From a virus (Duplodnaviria > Caudoviricetes): a DNA stretch of 24,292 nucleotides. The translations under genes and the position numbers were made by a program. The stretch is from positions 1 to 24,292 of IMG/VR virus record IMGVR_UViG_3300037461_000397; one strand, 5' to 3'. Under the pieces are notes generated by a model. The model ran no database searches. It had not been told where the DNA came from and saw only the letters and a program-made list of their open reading frames with translations. Below are positions 24,243-24,292 of this stretch, piece by piece; the first letter of the stretch is position 1; each line of letters begins with the position of its first letter.

Positions 24243-24292
24243 CCCTATTTAAGGCTCCCGGACGTGGAAAAAATCGGGGTCGCGCATGATTG

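Noticed and set aside
24250-24292. Possible cos/packaging site upstream of terS (GC-rich segment at the window edge)
   Set aside because: The position is plausible for a GpA-type phage, but the sequence is truncated and no symmetry or repeated binding sites can be shown.
1-24292. Alternative genetic code or stop-codon readthrough (double TAG after the capsid gene)
   Set aside because: All major genes are full length in the standard code; TAA, TAG and TGA all act as stops at expected gene ends.

Overview
Nearly complete morphogenesis module of a contractile-tailed phage or prophage, read on the minus strand from about 24240 to 1814. It has a lambda-type packaging and head block (Nu1-like TerS, GpA TerL, gpW-like, lambda-family portal, three or four accessory genes, ClpP-type protease with a nested scaffold, decoration protein, gpE-type capsid). 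This is joined to a Mu-type tail block (sheath, tube, chaperone with a -1 frameshift, short tape measure, gpN, gpP, gp45, gp46, gp47/J, gp48, short collar-type fibre). It converges at a bidirectional terminator with a plus-strand lipoprotein gene and several small ORFs. Most notable: (1) a family-2 glycosyltransferase sits between the tail tube and tail chaperone genes, suggesting virion glycosylation; (2) a promoter, a 43-aa DUF2292-like ORF and an intrinsic terminator lie directly in front of the protease/capsid genes, suggesting attenuation; (3) TTGACA elements precede SD-less start codons, and two share a 14-nt motif; (4) a clean T_TTT_TTA frameshift gives a Cys-rich extension; (5) an internal scaffold start duplicates the sheath gene's 17-nt initiation region; (6) a 5-nt-periodic G-rich tract follows the lipoprotein gene. 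Product calls rest on recognised motifs and gene order only; no database searches were run. No integrase, repressor, endolysin, RNA gene or CRISPR array was recognised.
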